A program made the position numbers and the translations under genes. From contig NW_021833453.1 of NCBI RefSeq assembly GCF_006345805.1, forward strand, positions 1 through 64,000: DNA of 64,000 nt. The letters run 5' to 3'. This DNA is from Octopus sinensis (lineage: Eukaryota). How positions within the stretch are numbered: the stretch's first letter is position 1; every line of letters begins with the position of its first letter. Of the stretch, positions 11,209 through 22,499 are shown piece after piece. The notes beneath the pieces were generated by a model, which was not told where the DNA came from, did not search any database, and worked only from the letters and a program-made list of their open reading frames with translations.

Positions 11209-11679
11209 GTGAGTTGAATGACTGCTTTTGATTTTCTTTCCTTCCTAAGCACTTCCATGACTGAAAAGAAATCTGGCATGAAAGTAATTACAAAAGATTG
11301 TTGATTCAGGATACTGAATGGGAAATAGAGAGTCTGATGCAGTAAATAATAATTGAGGCTACTCCTTTATAAGTATTCATTGGGGGATATTCTTCAATAA
11401 ATGTTTGGTCAGATCACTTTAAAACAGGAAGTTTGTATCTCAGGAGAAGTGGGAGCTGTGTCAAATTGGTTGATATCAAAAAGAGACTTTGCTTGAAATT
11501 TGTTTTTGTCCCTTGCGACACAGTAAAATTTTCGATGCATCATTTTAGGAAAATTGTTGTTTTAAATACTTCTGTGTCATGCATTTTAAAGTGTGATTTG
11601 AGGAAGATTTGGTTGCTATTCTCACAAATGTAAATGCTGAGAGTAAATTACAATCTATTTCTTTTTTTTTTTAATACAG

Positions 11680-11747
11680 GATGAAAAAAGGGAGAAGCAT
11701 TTTTCTATACCAGAACGTTCTGTTTTGAAAATAAGTGATACTCCTCA
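11680..11747 (+). CDS. MAN2A1: Alpha-mannosidase II, second visible exon (68 bp)
   Basis: Polypyrimidine tract and acag| acceptor, |gtaagt donor. It encodes DEKREKHFSIPERSVLKISDTP(Q). The phase-2 end joins 18669 in frame. Confidence 0.82.
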
Positions 11748-12257
11748 GTAAGTAACAATTGGTAATACACCTCTATAAATTATAATTGCAGGTACTCTGT
11801 AAGGACTGTGTACACTTTGGACAAGTGTCTCCTATTATAGTTTCTGGTTGTCTGAAATGCTTTTGTGAGTAGAATTTGTGTGTCTCTGTGGAAACCTGTA
11901 TTGTTATAGGTATGTGTATCCACACACACACACTACATACATACACTATACTTGTTAGTGATAATATATGCTTGTATAATATTTACCTGTAATTATGAGC
12001 AATGAAATCTCGATAAAAAAGTATCTCTTGCTTATAATAAACACTGCCTTTTATTGTTATTGTCTTTTAATTTTTACATGTTTCAGTGATTAGAATGCTG
12101 AGACACCACCTTGAAGAATTTTAGTAGAATTTTTATTTAGCCTAGTACTTGTTCTATCAGTATCTTTTGTTGAACTGCTAAGTTAGAGGGGTGTAAGCAT
12201 ACCAAGCAGTAGTGAGGGACAAACACAAAGACACAAACATATATGCATATATTCATA

Positions 12258-12851
12258 CATCATCATCATCGTTTAACGTCCGCTTTCCATGCTGGCATGG
12301 GTTGGACGGTTCGACTGGGGTCTGGGAAGCCAGGAGGCTGCACCAGGCCCAGTCTGATCTGGCAGAGTTTCTACAGCTGGATGCCCTTCCTAATGCCAAC
12401 CACTCCGGGAGTGTAGTGAGTGATTTTATGTGCCACCGACACAGGTGCCAGATGAGGCTGGCGAACGGCCACGCTTGGATGGTGCTTTTTATGCGCCACC
12501 GGCACGGAGGCCAGGCGAGGCTGGCAATGGCCACAATCGGATGGTGTTTGTCACATGCCACCGGCATGGAGGCCAGTCAATGCGGCGCTGGCTACAGCCA
12601 CGTTTGGATGGCTCTCTTACGTGCCACCAGCACTGGTATCACAACTACAAATTCCATTGATGTTGAGCGATTTCGAATTTCACTTGCCTCAACAGGTCTT
12701 CACAAGTAGAATTTTGTGTCCCAAGAAGGAAGGTATGCACAGGTGGACTGACTACATCCCAGGTAGAGGCCATGGGTTATGGCCTCACTTGTCCTGCTGG
12801 GTCTTCTCACGCACAGCATACTTCCAAAGGTCTCGGTCTCTGGTCATTTCC
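12258..12851 (-). mobile_element. Severely 5'-truncated RTE LINE (3'UTR and last codons)
   Basis: (CAT)n tail at 12258. The sequence matches the 3'UTR of the copy at 6718-7480 and ends in (TA)n. Confidence 0.9.
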
Positions 12852-12959
12852 TATATATATTTATATAATCCAAATAAGAAGACTTCAACACATCTTTAAT
12901 GGTCAGTTGTAGTTGTTTTTGTTCGAGCTCAGCTTTTAATGTAAGCTCACACAAAAGTT

Positions 12960-13350
12960 CCGAATGAAAATTGACATATTTGCAATCACAAAACCGTTAT
13001 AGATATGATACTCCCTACATTGAGGAACCTTATTAAACTAGATCTTTGGTCAGACACAACTGATGTTATTGACTGGTTTAAGAATTTACTTTACAAAATA
13101 CAAAAAAATTCATACAGATAGATATCAACTTGTACTACTCATCTATTAAACTTGTACTTCTCAGTGAGGCTATAATCTTTGCCATCAGGAACACCTCTTT
13201 ATTTAAGGACACCAAACCAATTGTAGCAGCTAGGAAAACAATATTTACTTTGAATGACAGCCTCATAAGGACAGACTAGAATATTTCAATGTAACTATGG
13301 GTGCAAGCAACTCAGCCCAAGTTACCAATTTGGTAGGGTGAAACTTATTG
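12960..13350 (+). pseudogene. Decayed Penelope-like element reverse transcriptase fragment
   Basis: With frameshifts it reads IDMILPTLRNLIKLDLWSDTTDVIDWFKNL / KFIQIDINLYYSSIKLVLLSEAIIFA...IVAARKTIF / FNVTMGASNSAQVTNLVG. This matches the PLE RT motifs KFIQFDIxxFYPSI and FDVTMGxxDxAxxxxLVG. Confidence 0.8.
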
Positions 13351-13409
13351 CTGCAAATATCTTTGTGTGTGTGTATATATATATATATATATTATATATA
13401 TATATATAT

Positions 13410-13448
<39 letters not shown>

Positions 13449-13529
13449 ATAAGATTAGATCGTATACGAGTGGGTATATATTTGTAAAAAAGAAGTTTGA
13501 AAATGCCACTATATTAGATAAATTTTAAT

Positions 13530-13572
13530 TTTTACATGTTTCGGTTCTTGAAGTAACGAACCTTATCAAAAA
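13530..13572 (-). ncRNA. Degenerate hammerhead ribozyme
   Basis: Minus strand reads UUU-UUGAUAA-GGUUC(10 nt)GAACC-GAAAC-AU-GUA^AAA. Stem II is perfect and stem III is the palindromic ACAUGU, but the core has two substitutions relative to CUGAUGA. Confidence 0.5.
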
Positions 13573-13791
13573 GAATTTTTTTATAATAAAGATTATAATG
13601 GAATAGTTCATAATTGTTTCATACATTCAATAGAGTCCATGCTATATACATTCAATAGAATCCATGTTCTTGAAAAGGCGAAAAATATATTATAAGGTGT
13701 AAGTCGTTCTTTACTGTTTTGTCAAGTGTAGTGCAGGAGTTCATTATAGATTTTACCTTGTGTTCCGATGGGAGCAACAGTAGTGATTCTA

Positions 13792-15496
13792 CTACCAGGC
13801 CCAGTCTGATCTGGCAATGTTTCTACGGCTGGATGCCCATCCTAACGCCAACCACTCCATGAGTGTAGTGGGTGCTTTTTACGTGCCACCAGCACAGGGG
13901 CCAGGCGAGGCTGGCAATGGCCATGACCGGATGGTGCTTTTTACGTGCCACTGGCACGGGGGCCATGTGAGGCTGGCAACGGCCATGATTGGATGGTGCT
14001 TTTTACATGCCACCGGCATGGAGGCTCGTCAGGGCGGCACTGGCAATGGCCACGTTCGGATGGTTCCCTTACGTGCTGCTAGCACTGGTATCACAGCTGC
14101 AATTTCCATTGATGTTGATCGATTTCGAGTCTGATTCTCACTTGCCTCAACAGGTCTTCACAAGTAGAGTTTTGTGTCCCTAGAAGGAAGGTATGCATAA
14201 GTGGGCTGGCTACATCCCAGGTAGAGGCCATGGGTTATGGTCTCACTTGTCCTGCCAGGTCTTCTCACGCACAGCATACTTCCATAGGTCTCAGTCTCTG
14301 GTCATTTCCTCAGTGAGACCTAAAGTTCGAAGGTCGTGCTTCACCACCACATCCCAGGTTTTCCTGGGTCTACCTCTTTCACAGGTTCCCTCAACCGCTA
14401 GGGTGTGGAACTTTTTCACACAACTATCTTCATCCATTCTCGCCACATGACCATACCAGCGCAAACGTCTCTCTTGCACACCACAACTGATGCTTCTTAG
14501 GTCCAACTTCTCTCTCAAGGTACTTACACTCTGTCGAGTATGAACACTGACATTACACATCCATCGGAGCATACTGGCTTCATTTCTTGCAAGCTTACGC
14601 ATATCCTCAGCTGTCATGGCCCATGTTTCACTGCCATGTAGCATGGCTGTTCGCACACATGCGTCATACAGTCTGCCTTTTGTCACCAGCAGAAGTAAGA
14701 GCTCTCTGAACTTTTCCCAGGCTATTCTTACTCTAGCAGTTACGCTTTTAACACACCCGCCCCCGCTACTGACTTGGTCACCTAGGTAACGGAAGCTATC
14801 AACTATTTCTAGTTTTTCTCCCTGGAATGTGGCGGAAGTTGGTCTCTGCGCATTTTCAGTGTTTATTGCTCCTGAGCATCTGCCACATACAAAAACTATT
14901 TTCCTAGTTAGCCTTCCCTTGACGTTGCTGCACCCCTTATGTGTCCATAGCTTACACTTGGTGCATCTTATAGAGTTTCTACCTACGCCTTTTCTACAGA
15001 TCGAGCAGGGCCATCTACCTGAAGGCGTTTGTGATTTGTCTACGTTCCTACTTATTAGGACTTTGGTTTTAGCTAGGTTGACTCTAAGGCCCTTCGATTC
15101 TAATCCTTGCTTCCACACCTGAAACTTCTCCTCCAGTTCTGATAGTGACTCAGCAATTAGAGCAAGGTTATCAGCGTAGAGGAGCTCCCAGGGGCATCCT
15201 GTCTTGAATTCCTCTGTTATTGCCTGGAGGACTATGATAAATAGGAGGGAGCTGAGGACTGAACCTTGGTGGACCCCTATCTCTACCCGGAATTCTTCAC
15301 TGTACTCATTGCCAACCCTCACCTTACTAGCAGCGTCCCTGTACATGGCTTGCACAGCTCTCACTAACCATTCATCTATCCCTAGTTTTCTCATTGACCA
15401 CCAGATAAGGGATTGGGGGACCCTGTCGAAGGCTTTCTCCATGTCAACAAAAGCCAGGTACAGGGGCTTATCTTTGGCTAGATATTTCTCCTGCAA
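13792..15496 (-). mobile_element. 5'-truncated RTE LINE with a 401-codon open frame (RT C-half, PHD finger, C-terminus)
   Basis: ORF 14291-15496. The catalytic motif reads YADN rather than YADD. The 3'UTR lies at 13792-14290 and lacks the extreme tail. Confidence 0.95.
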
Positions 15497-17439
15497 TGCT
15501 GAAGCAAAGTAACACCAAATATATAGTGCGTGTGTTTTTATTGGCTAAACTGGCAAAATGACCATTCCTAAATACAATAATATCTGTTTCAACACACGAT
15601 TTCACATCAAAAATCTTGCAAAGCAATAAACGTAATTATCTTTATTACTATTAATAATAGTAGTAGTAGTAGTATTGCTATCATTATTTTCTTCTCATTA
15701 TTCTTGCTGTCTTTGTTGATATTGTTTTACAATTAGCCTTCCTTTTTTTATTTGTTATTTTCTTTATTTTATCACTCTATATTTATGATTCTACACCAAA
15801 ATTACTTTTCACTTTTCCATTATAATTTGATTCTGGTAATTCTGGCATCACAATCCACATCACTCCTCTTCTTCCTTTCAACTATTCACTTTCGCTTTCT
15901 TCTCTTCTTTCTCCTCCCACTTCTTCCACTTCTACCTCATTTTTTTGTCCTCTTCCTCTTTTACTACTTATTCATCCCCTAACCATATTTTTACTTACTT
16001 TGGTATTAACAATGTTCTTGTCCTGTCCATTTTTCACAGTCAGTTTACATTTTTATCTTTATTCTGTTTACTTTTTTGTTTTCTCCTGATGTAAGCAAAA
16101 CACACAGCCTGGCAGATGCACAATGTAAGTGCGTACTTTTGTCGTAGGTCTGAAGAAATGCCACTCTAACTCTTCACAAAATCCATACAACGGTTTTACC
16201 TTTGTGAAGCCTAGATTTTCTACACCTGAAGAATTTTGATATTAGTCTGAAATCTGACAGTGTAGATAGCCTAAAATTCAGGTTGAGTGCTGCATAGGAT
16301 ATATCCTATCTTTCTACCATCCCAGGACCTTATATACAACAGGCTTCTTTCAGTTTCCATCTAATAAATCCACTCACAAAGACACTTTCCAATGTGCCAT
16401 GCAGTGGGACTGAACTAGGAACTAGGTGGTTGGGAAGCTTTCTTGACACACAATTGTAATTTCTATATAAAATATATTGAAAATATTCACATATCTTAAA
16501 TGAAACAAAATACAAATTTAAAGTTGATCTTTGAGCTTCACTGGTGTTTTCCATGAAAGTGCAAATGGATGTTAGGAGGAGAACTCCTCTAACAACATTT
16601 GTCTCATTTAATGCCTCCTTAAGCAAGGTACATAACTCCTTATACCATTTGCTTGTTTGGCTTCTGCTTATAAGTCTTTTGATACTGACTGGTCTGAACT
16701 CATCCTGGTGCAACTATACAAAACCTAATTTTTAAAAGTTTTCATGTGTAAATAATTTATTATAATTATTATAATAATAAGCTTGTTTGTAAGTTTGTCC
16801 AAAATCATGCAATAAGGAAGTAGCAATGTAAGTAAGAGTAAAAAAGAGAAGAGACAAAATGGTGATAACAATGAGAGAGGGAGTCAAACAGTGCCTCTTG
16901 CCTTCTCTCTCAACAAAACCCTTTTCCCTTTATTGATGAATGCTGCCTCTCTCTTTCTCTCACTGTCTCTCTCTATCTACAGATGCACACACTCTCTCAT
17001 TCTCTCTCTCTCTCTCTCTCTCTCAACAACAATATTTTCAGTTTTTATTCAATGAACGCTGATTTTTTTCTGGTAAACATTAATAACAATATATAAGACA
17101 AGTACTTAGGATTACCTAACTCAGGTGGTTATATAGAATTGAATTTCTTTTTCCTATGGCTTTCATTACATCATCATTGCCCACTGTAGTTCACTCTTTT
17201 ATATTTGGTTATATAGAGGTCTGTGTAACCAAAATTGTTGGATATTGTTGGTTCCCTCTCTCCTATTCCCCAGAATGTGTGACTGTGCCTATTTTAGGAA
17301 CCATTACTATCATCATCATCATTATCCATTTTCCTTTGCTGGAAAGGTTCCGATGGATTTCTTTGCATCATTCCATGTACAAAGTAGCATGTAAGTGTGA
17401 TTGACTGATTCCTTCCTTGTTGCTGTTGCCTTTCTTAGA

Positions 17440-18290
17440 ATTATTGGCAGAATCCTTACCACAGTGAGCAAAATGCTTAGCATTTCGTCCACCTTTACAT
17501 CCTAAGTTCAAATTCCGCCTAGGTCAATTTTGCTTTTCATCCTTTTGGTCTCAGTAAATTAAGTACCAGTAAACATTGGGGTCAATGTAATCAACTAGTA
17601 CCCTCCTGCCAAATTCAGGTCTTGTGCCTATAGTAGAAAGGATTTTTTCTTCTAGCAGAATCGTTAGCACTCTGGGCAAAATGCTCAACAGCATTTCATC
17701 CAACTTCACGTTCTGAGTTCAAATTCTACCACAGTCGACTTTGCATTTCATCCCTTCGGGCCAGTAAAATTAGAAACCAGTTAAACACTGGAAGTGGTGT
17801 AATTGACTTAACCCCTTCCCCCAAATTTCAGGCCTTGTGCCAAAATTTGAAATCAATATTTAAGGTGGTGAGCTGGCAGAATTGTTAGCACACCAGGGAA
17901 AAATGTCTCTCTTTATGTTCTGAGTTCAAATGCCTCCAAAATCACCTTTGCCTTTCATCCTTTTGAAGTTAAAATAAGCTGTAGTCGATATAATCAACTT
18001 AACCCCTCCCCCAAAATTGCTAACCTTGTGCCAAAATTTGAAACCATTGTTGTTGTTAAAGCAGTAGATTGTCAGAACTGTTATAAGCACTGGACAAGAA
18101 ACTTTCTTGCTCTATTTGTTCTGGCTTTTTACATTTTGAGTTCAAATTCTGCATTAGTCAACTTTATGTTACATTCCTTTTCAGTCAATAAAGTGAAATA
18201 CTAGTCATATACTGGATTAATTGTAATTGACAAACACCCTTTTCCCCAAATTGCTGGCCTTATCACCTAAATTAGAAACAATTCTCATTA
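17440..18290 (+). mobile_element. Four head-to-tail diverged ~200-bp tRNA-derived SINE copies
   Basis: Repeated GGCAGAA...GAGTTCAAAT (B-box)...TTTGCCTTTCATCCTTT (CORE-like)...CCCCAAATT...CTTGTGCC units start near 17446, 17654, 17862 and 18059. Confidence 0.75.
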
Positions 18291-18668
18291 GTTCAGTAAT
18301 ATAATTGTTACGATATATTTTCACTACACAGCTCTGTCTACCCCAGGGATAGACCATGTTTTGCTTTGTTTTTCTTTCTTTATATATTATGATTACAATA
18401 ATTTAATTATGGAAGAAGGAAAAGGAAAGAAAAAATTAAGCTTCTAACAATGCCAAAAGTTTTATAAAATCCTTGATATTTAAGGCACAAAAGTCCATCC
18501 TCAGAAGGAAACAGTCTGGGAAATGTCCAGTTATATCTGGTGTGACTGAACATTTCCTACACTGTTTCCTTCTGAGGATCGGCCTTTGCACTTTCCCTTC
18601 TTCTACAATGCTTCAAGCAAACTACAACACTCTTATTGATTTAATTATATTTTATTGTAATTTTCTAG

Positions 18669-19716
18669 GTCTGTTATATTTTACAACTCATTGGCGCATA
18701 AGCGAGATACTGTGGTGAGTGTCTATGTTGACTCCCCATTTGTTATTGTCAGAGATCCTAGGGGAAAGATCATTCCTTCACAGATTGACTTGTTCTGGAC
18801 TGACCGGGATTCTGTCTCCACAGACGTCTACAAGGTGTCATTTGTGATGGCCATCCAAGCATTGGGCATTTGCCAATACACAATCGAGAAAACACACAAA
18901 CTGTCCACAAAAAAAGCTGTGCCATCGGAGATAACATTTTACAACTCAAACATGAACATGGAACATTCCAGTTCAGTGTTCACAATAAAGAAGTCCCCAT
19001 CAAAGCCGTTCAGTCTTGAGAACTATTACATGAAGGCTGGCTTCAGCCAGGCAACAGGGCTGTTACAAAACATCACATTTAAAGCAGAGGGTATTACACA
19101 CCCAGTCAGCATCAAATTTGTAACATATGGCACTCGAAAATCTTCTGAAAAGAGTGGTGCTTATCTATTCCTGCCAGATGGTGAAGGTCGAGAAGTAACA
19201 ATTGTCGACCCATTCATTCGTGTCATTCAAGGCACTGTTGTATCTGAAGTGAGTGTCTTTGTGGAAAATGTAGAGCATGTTGTGAGGTTATATAATTCAC
19301 CAGGTGCAGACAGTTTGTCACTGGACATCTACAATATAGTGGACATTAGAGACAAGCTGAACTTTGAGATGGCCATGAGGGTGTGTAGTGATATTAAGAG
19401 TGAGGACAACTCTTTCCACACTGACCTAAATGGTTTCCAGATGCACCGGCGTAAAACATACAGCAAGTTGCCTTTGCAGGCCAACTACTATCCCATGCCA
19501 ACTGCTATGTTTGTGGAGAATTCCCAGAAACAATTAAACATCCTGTCTGGTCAGTCACTTGGAGCTGCCTATCTGAAGCCTGGTGAGATGGAAGTGATGT
19601 TGGACCGTCGCCTCAACCAAGATGATAGCCGAGGTCTGGGCCAGGGTGTGCTTGATAACAAACAGACCCCTAACAAATTCTGGCTTCTTCTTGAAATAAG
19701 AAAGATTTCCCCTCTT
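18669..19716 (+). CDS. MAN2A1: Alpha-mannosidase II, large 1048-bp exon (GH38 C-terminal beta domain)
   Basis: tttctag|G acceptor. It encodes SVIFYNSLAHKR...KSGAYLFLPDG...FHTDLNGFQM...KLPLQANYYPMP...EVMLDRRLNQDDSRGLGQGVLDNK, diagnostic of Golgi mannosidase II. The in-frame donor CTT|gtgaat at 19717 is inferred. Confidence 0.95.
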
Positions 19717-19859
19717 GTGAATAATTTTGTGTTGAGTCTGAATATTTTGACAAATGAATGAGTGAGTGAATGAGGGCATATCACCTCTTTGTACTACATG
19801 ACTGACTACACAAGTGACTAGCACTATCCCTACTTTGATTTTCACCACTTCATTGACTA

Positions 19860-20730
19860 TCCTTGACAGGCCACCTGCCTTCCCTCCTTTGACTCTACAG
19901 GTGTCATCTTCTTAACTCATCCTTCTGTTGGCTTTATATAGAGAAGGCTTCTCTTTCCCACACTTTCTCTATATTCATCAACTTTTCATAGCAGCATTTC
20001 CAAGAATTTCTTCTCAGCATGGTAATGGAGAGTGTACTATTGTCACTCTAGATATACTTTTCCTGAATGATGTATTGATTCACATACTGACACACTGCGT
20101 TGCAATTTAAAACACTTTACCCCTCTCATCATAGTACATTGACAAACCTCTTATTTTCTGCTTCTTTCTTTGCTTTATGTTGTCTAGCTTTTCATCTAGT
20201 TTCTTGATGTTCTTCCCTACTCTCATCTTATCAGTCATATAGCTTTGATGGGTCTGTCTCTTGTACCATTCCCCCATCATATCATCATGTTTGGTTGAAA
20301 CTTTGCTGCAGCAGGCTGTCTTGTATATTTATACTCTTTGTCTTAGGTCATTTTTCCTTCTCAACATATTCCTCATCTGAAATCTCTTTGAATCAGTGTT
20401 TTATAGAGATCTTTCAGTTTCCACACCTTTCTCCAGATTGTCTCATCTCTGAGTCTGTCTAATTCTTGTTTTTCAAGTTACTAATCATCAAACTATGTTG
20501 AATGCTACATTCTTCACCCGTGAAAAACTTAGCTTTCATAATTAGCTGGCCGTCCTGTTTCCTAGTGAGTGTGTAATTTTTTTGGCATACATGTTCACAT
20601 GAGCAGCAGATGGTCATGTGACTGGGTTTTTTTCTGGAAGATAACGTTGCAAATGTCTTGGTCATTTGTGCTACAAAACACTGAGCCTTCATTCCTTTTA
20701 CTATATCTATAGCTTCCATGTGTGCATGAG
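19860..20730 (-). mobile_element. Very old degraded RTE-like LINE fragments
   Basis: ORF 20459-20719 ends KAKFFTGEECSIQHSLMISNL, homologous to NAKTFPGEECTTQHRLVVSDF of the younger copies. Confidence 0.6.
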
Positions 20731-21501
20731 TAGGTATCTATGTGTAGCCTAACATATCCATTTAAGTCATCAGCCATGATAATAAGGTTGCTGTTTATTC
20801 ATTATCAAAATGGTCTATAATAGAGCCACATTATAGGAATACAGTGGGTGTAAGACAGACCCCCAAATGTTTGTATTATTCATCCTACCACTACTACCAT
20901 TACCATCACCATCCTCAGTTTTCTGTCCATTTTTTTCTCCCCATTCCTTCAAGCTTTCACCATTTCTTCCCATGTCATCCTTGGTCTCTTCCTTTCACAA
21001 ATTCCATCACTTGGACTGCTCAACAGTTTTGGCATGACTGAAATTTTCCATAGACATTACTTACCTATGTCTTCCCTCTTATGCATTATGTACAATTCTT
21101 CTCAACCACAGTAATTTGTGCATAGTATTGCATTTTTTGTTTGGTTTTTAAGCCTAAATATTAGAGAATATTACAAGAGAAGTAATTGTTAATCTTTTTT
21201 TTTATTCACTTCGGTGCATTGCCATTTTTGGGATTGCATGACTAGAGGAAGTTAAATGATGTGTCATGAAGAGTTTAAAATCTCAATAATAGAAGAATGT
21301 ATTCTTCTATGTTGATGTTAATTTGGCACAACTTACATGTCCTAATTAGTAGTGAAGTAGAGCTTTTGAAAGTATAGCAACTTGTTAAATCAGATTCCTT
21401 TTTAATTATTGTTAAAATTTTTCTTTGAAATTATAAAGCTCTAACAAACTATATCACATACATTATATTTCAACTATCTCCCCCAAATATATTTTTTGCA
21501 G

Positions 21502-21834
21502 CTTGAAATGAAGAACCAAGTAAAACCTCTCTCATTGCTGGCCCATCTTACTTCATTGCACCTCATCCACCCACTGTATGTGTCACCAAGGAATCCCGAC
21601 AGTAGTAATATTGATCTTGAGCTGTTACCTTCCTTCTCTTCTACCCTTGATGGCAGTAGCAGTGGTCTGACATGTGATGTGCATCTGTTGAACCTACGCA
21701 CTTTGCAGAACAAGGATGATGACCCCAGCCTAAAATTTGTGCCACAGAACAGTGCTGCACTCATCTTGCACCGCTTCTCATTTGACTGTGATTTCCCCAA
21801 CCTGGGACTCAGTTGCACAATTGGAAATGGAAAG
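21502..21834 (+). CDS. MAN2A1: Alpha-mannosidase II, penultimate coding exon
   Basis: ttttttgcag| acceptor and AAG|gtaaga donor; 111 codons. It includes SLLAHLTSLHLIHP, LTCDVHLLNLRTLQ and AALILHRFSFDC, matching MAN2A1 LPCDIHLVNLRTIQ and AALILHRKGFDC. Confidence 0.95.
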
Positions 21835-22239
21835 GTAAGAATCTTATAGCTACCTTTTGCAACACCTGTCACTACCACCACCATCCTACTAACACTGTTA
21901 CTATAACAACACAGAGACAACGGAGCCTCTGTATCGTTACTTGATCTGTTAGAAATATCAGTTAGCTCTCCCTCAAATCCAGTCTTTGGATCAAGAGTAA
22001 CTTTCTTTTATCTCTCACCCAGGGGAAAAAGGAAGAAAACACACACTCAGGTGCTCACAGACACACACACAAGGCTACTGCCCTACCCTCTCTGAAAGTA
22101 AAAAAAAAAATTATTTTGTTAATTTTCACTTGCATATCCCTCATCGTTTTTAATTGAATGATTTTTTTGATTTTTTTTTAACTGTCTTTAAATGAAATTA
22201 TCTAATTAGTTAATTTGTTTCTTTTTATTTTGTTACTAG

Positions 22240-22392
22240 GTGGACTTGAACTCTTTATTCAAAGATATAAAACTGAAGGACATTCGCAGCACATCTCTGT
22301 CTTTGCTGTATGAGAGTAACTCCTCTCTCTCTCAGTCTCACCTCTTCATCAAACCAAATGACATAAGTGCCTTCAAGATCACACCATATTAA
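22240..22392 (+). CDS. MAN2A1: Alpha-mannosidase II, last coding exon
   Basis: ttttgttactag| acceptor. It encodes VDLNSLFKDIKLKDIRSTSLSLLYESNSSLSQSHLFIKPNDISAFKITPY* (TAA at 22390-22392), matching the MAN2A C-terminal SLSL...PMEISTF pattern. Confidence 0.92.
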   Translation: MDLNSLFKDIKLKDIRSTSLSLLYESNSSLSQSHLFIKPNDISAFKITPY

Positions 22393-22499
22393 GCTGATCA
22401 ATCGATTCACTGCACTGACACACTGATTCTCTGGCCAAAGGAATTGATCCACTTACTGAATGGAATCAACAACAGAACTGTTATTCTGGAATGACCATG

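Noticed and set aside
14291-15496. Active retrotransposon ORF
   Set aside because: It is 5'-truncated, starts at TTG mid-RT, has YADN at the catalytic motif, and has a short in-frame deletion relative to the other copies.
4562-15512. Antisense ORFs over RTE copies (e.g. 8396-8815, 15204-15512)
   Set aside because: They are shadow frames opposite RT coding sequence, repeated in every copy.
15497-15630. Possible GIY-YIG endonuclease remnant (IYSACVFIG*TG)
   Set aside because: It is too short and degenerate to support without a profile search.
16150-16200. CTGAAGA as another hammerhead
   Set aside because: No GAAA box or convincing stem II/III is present.
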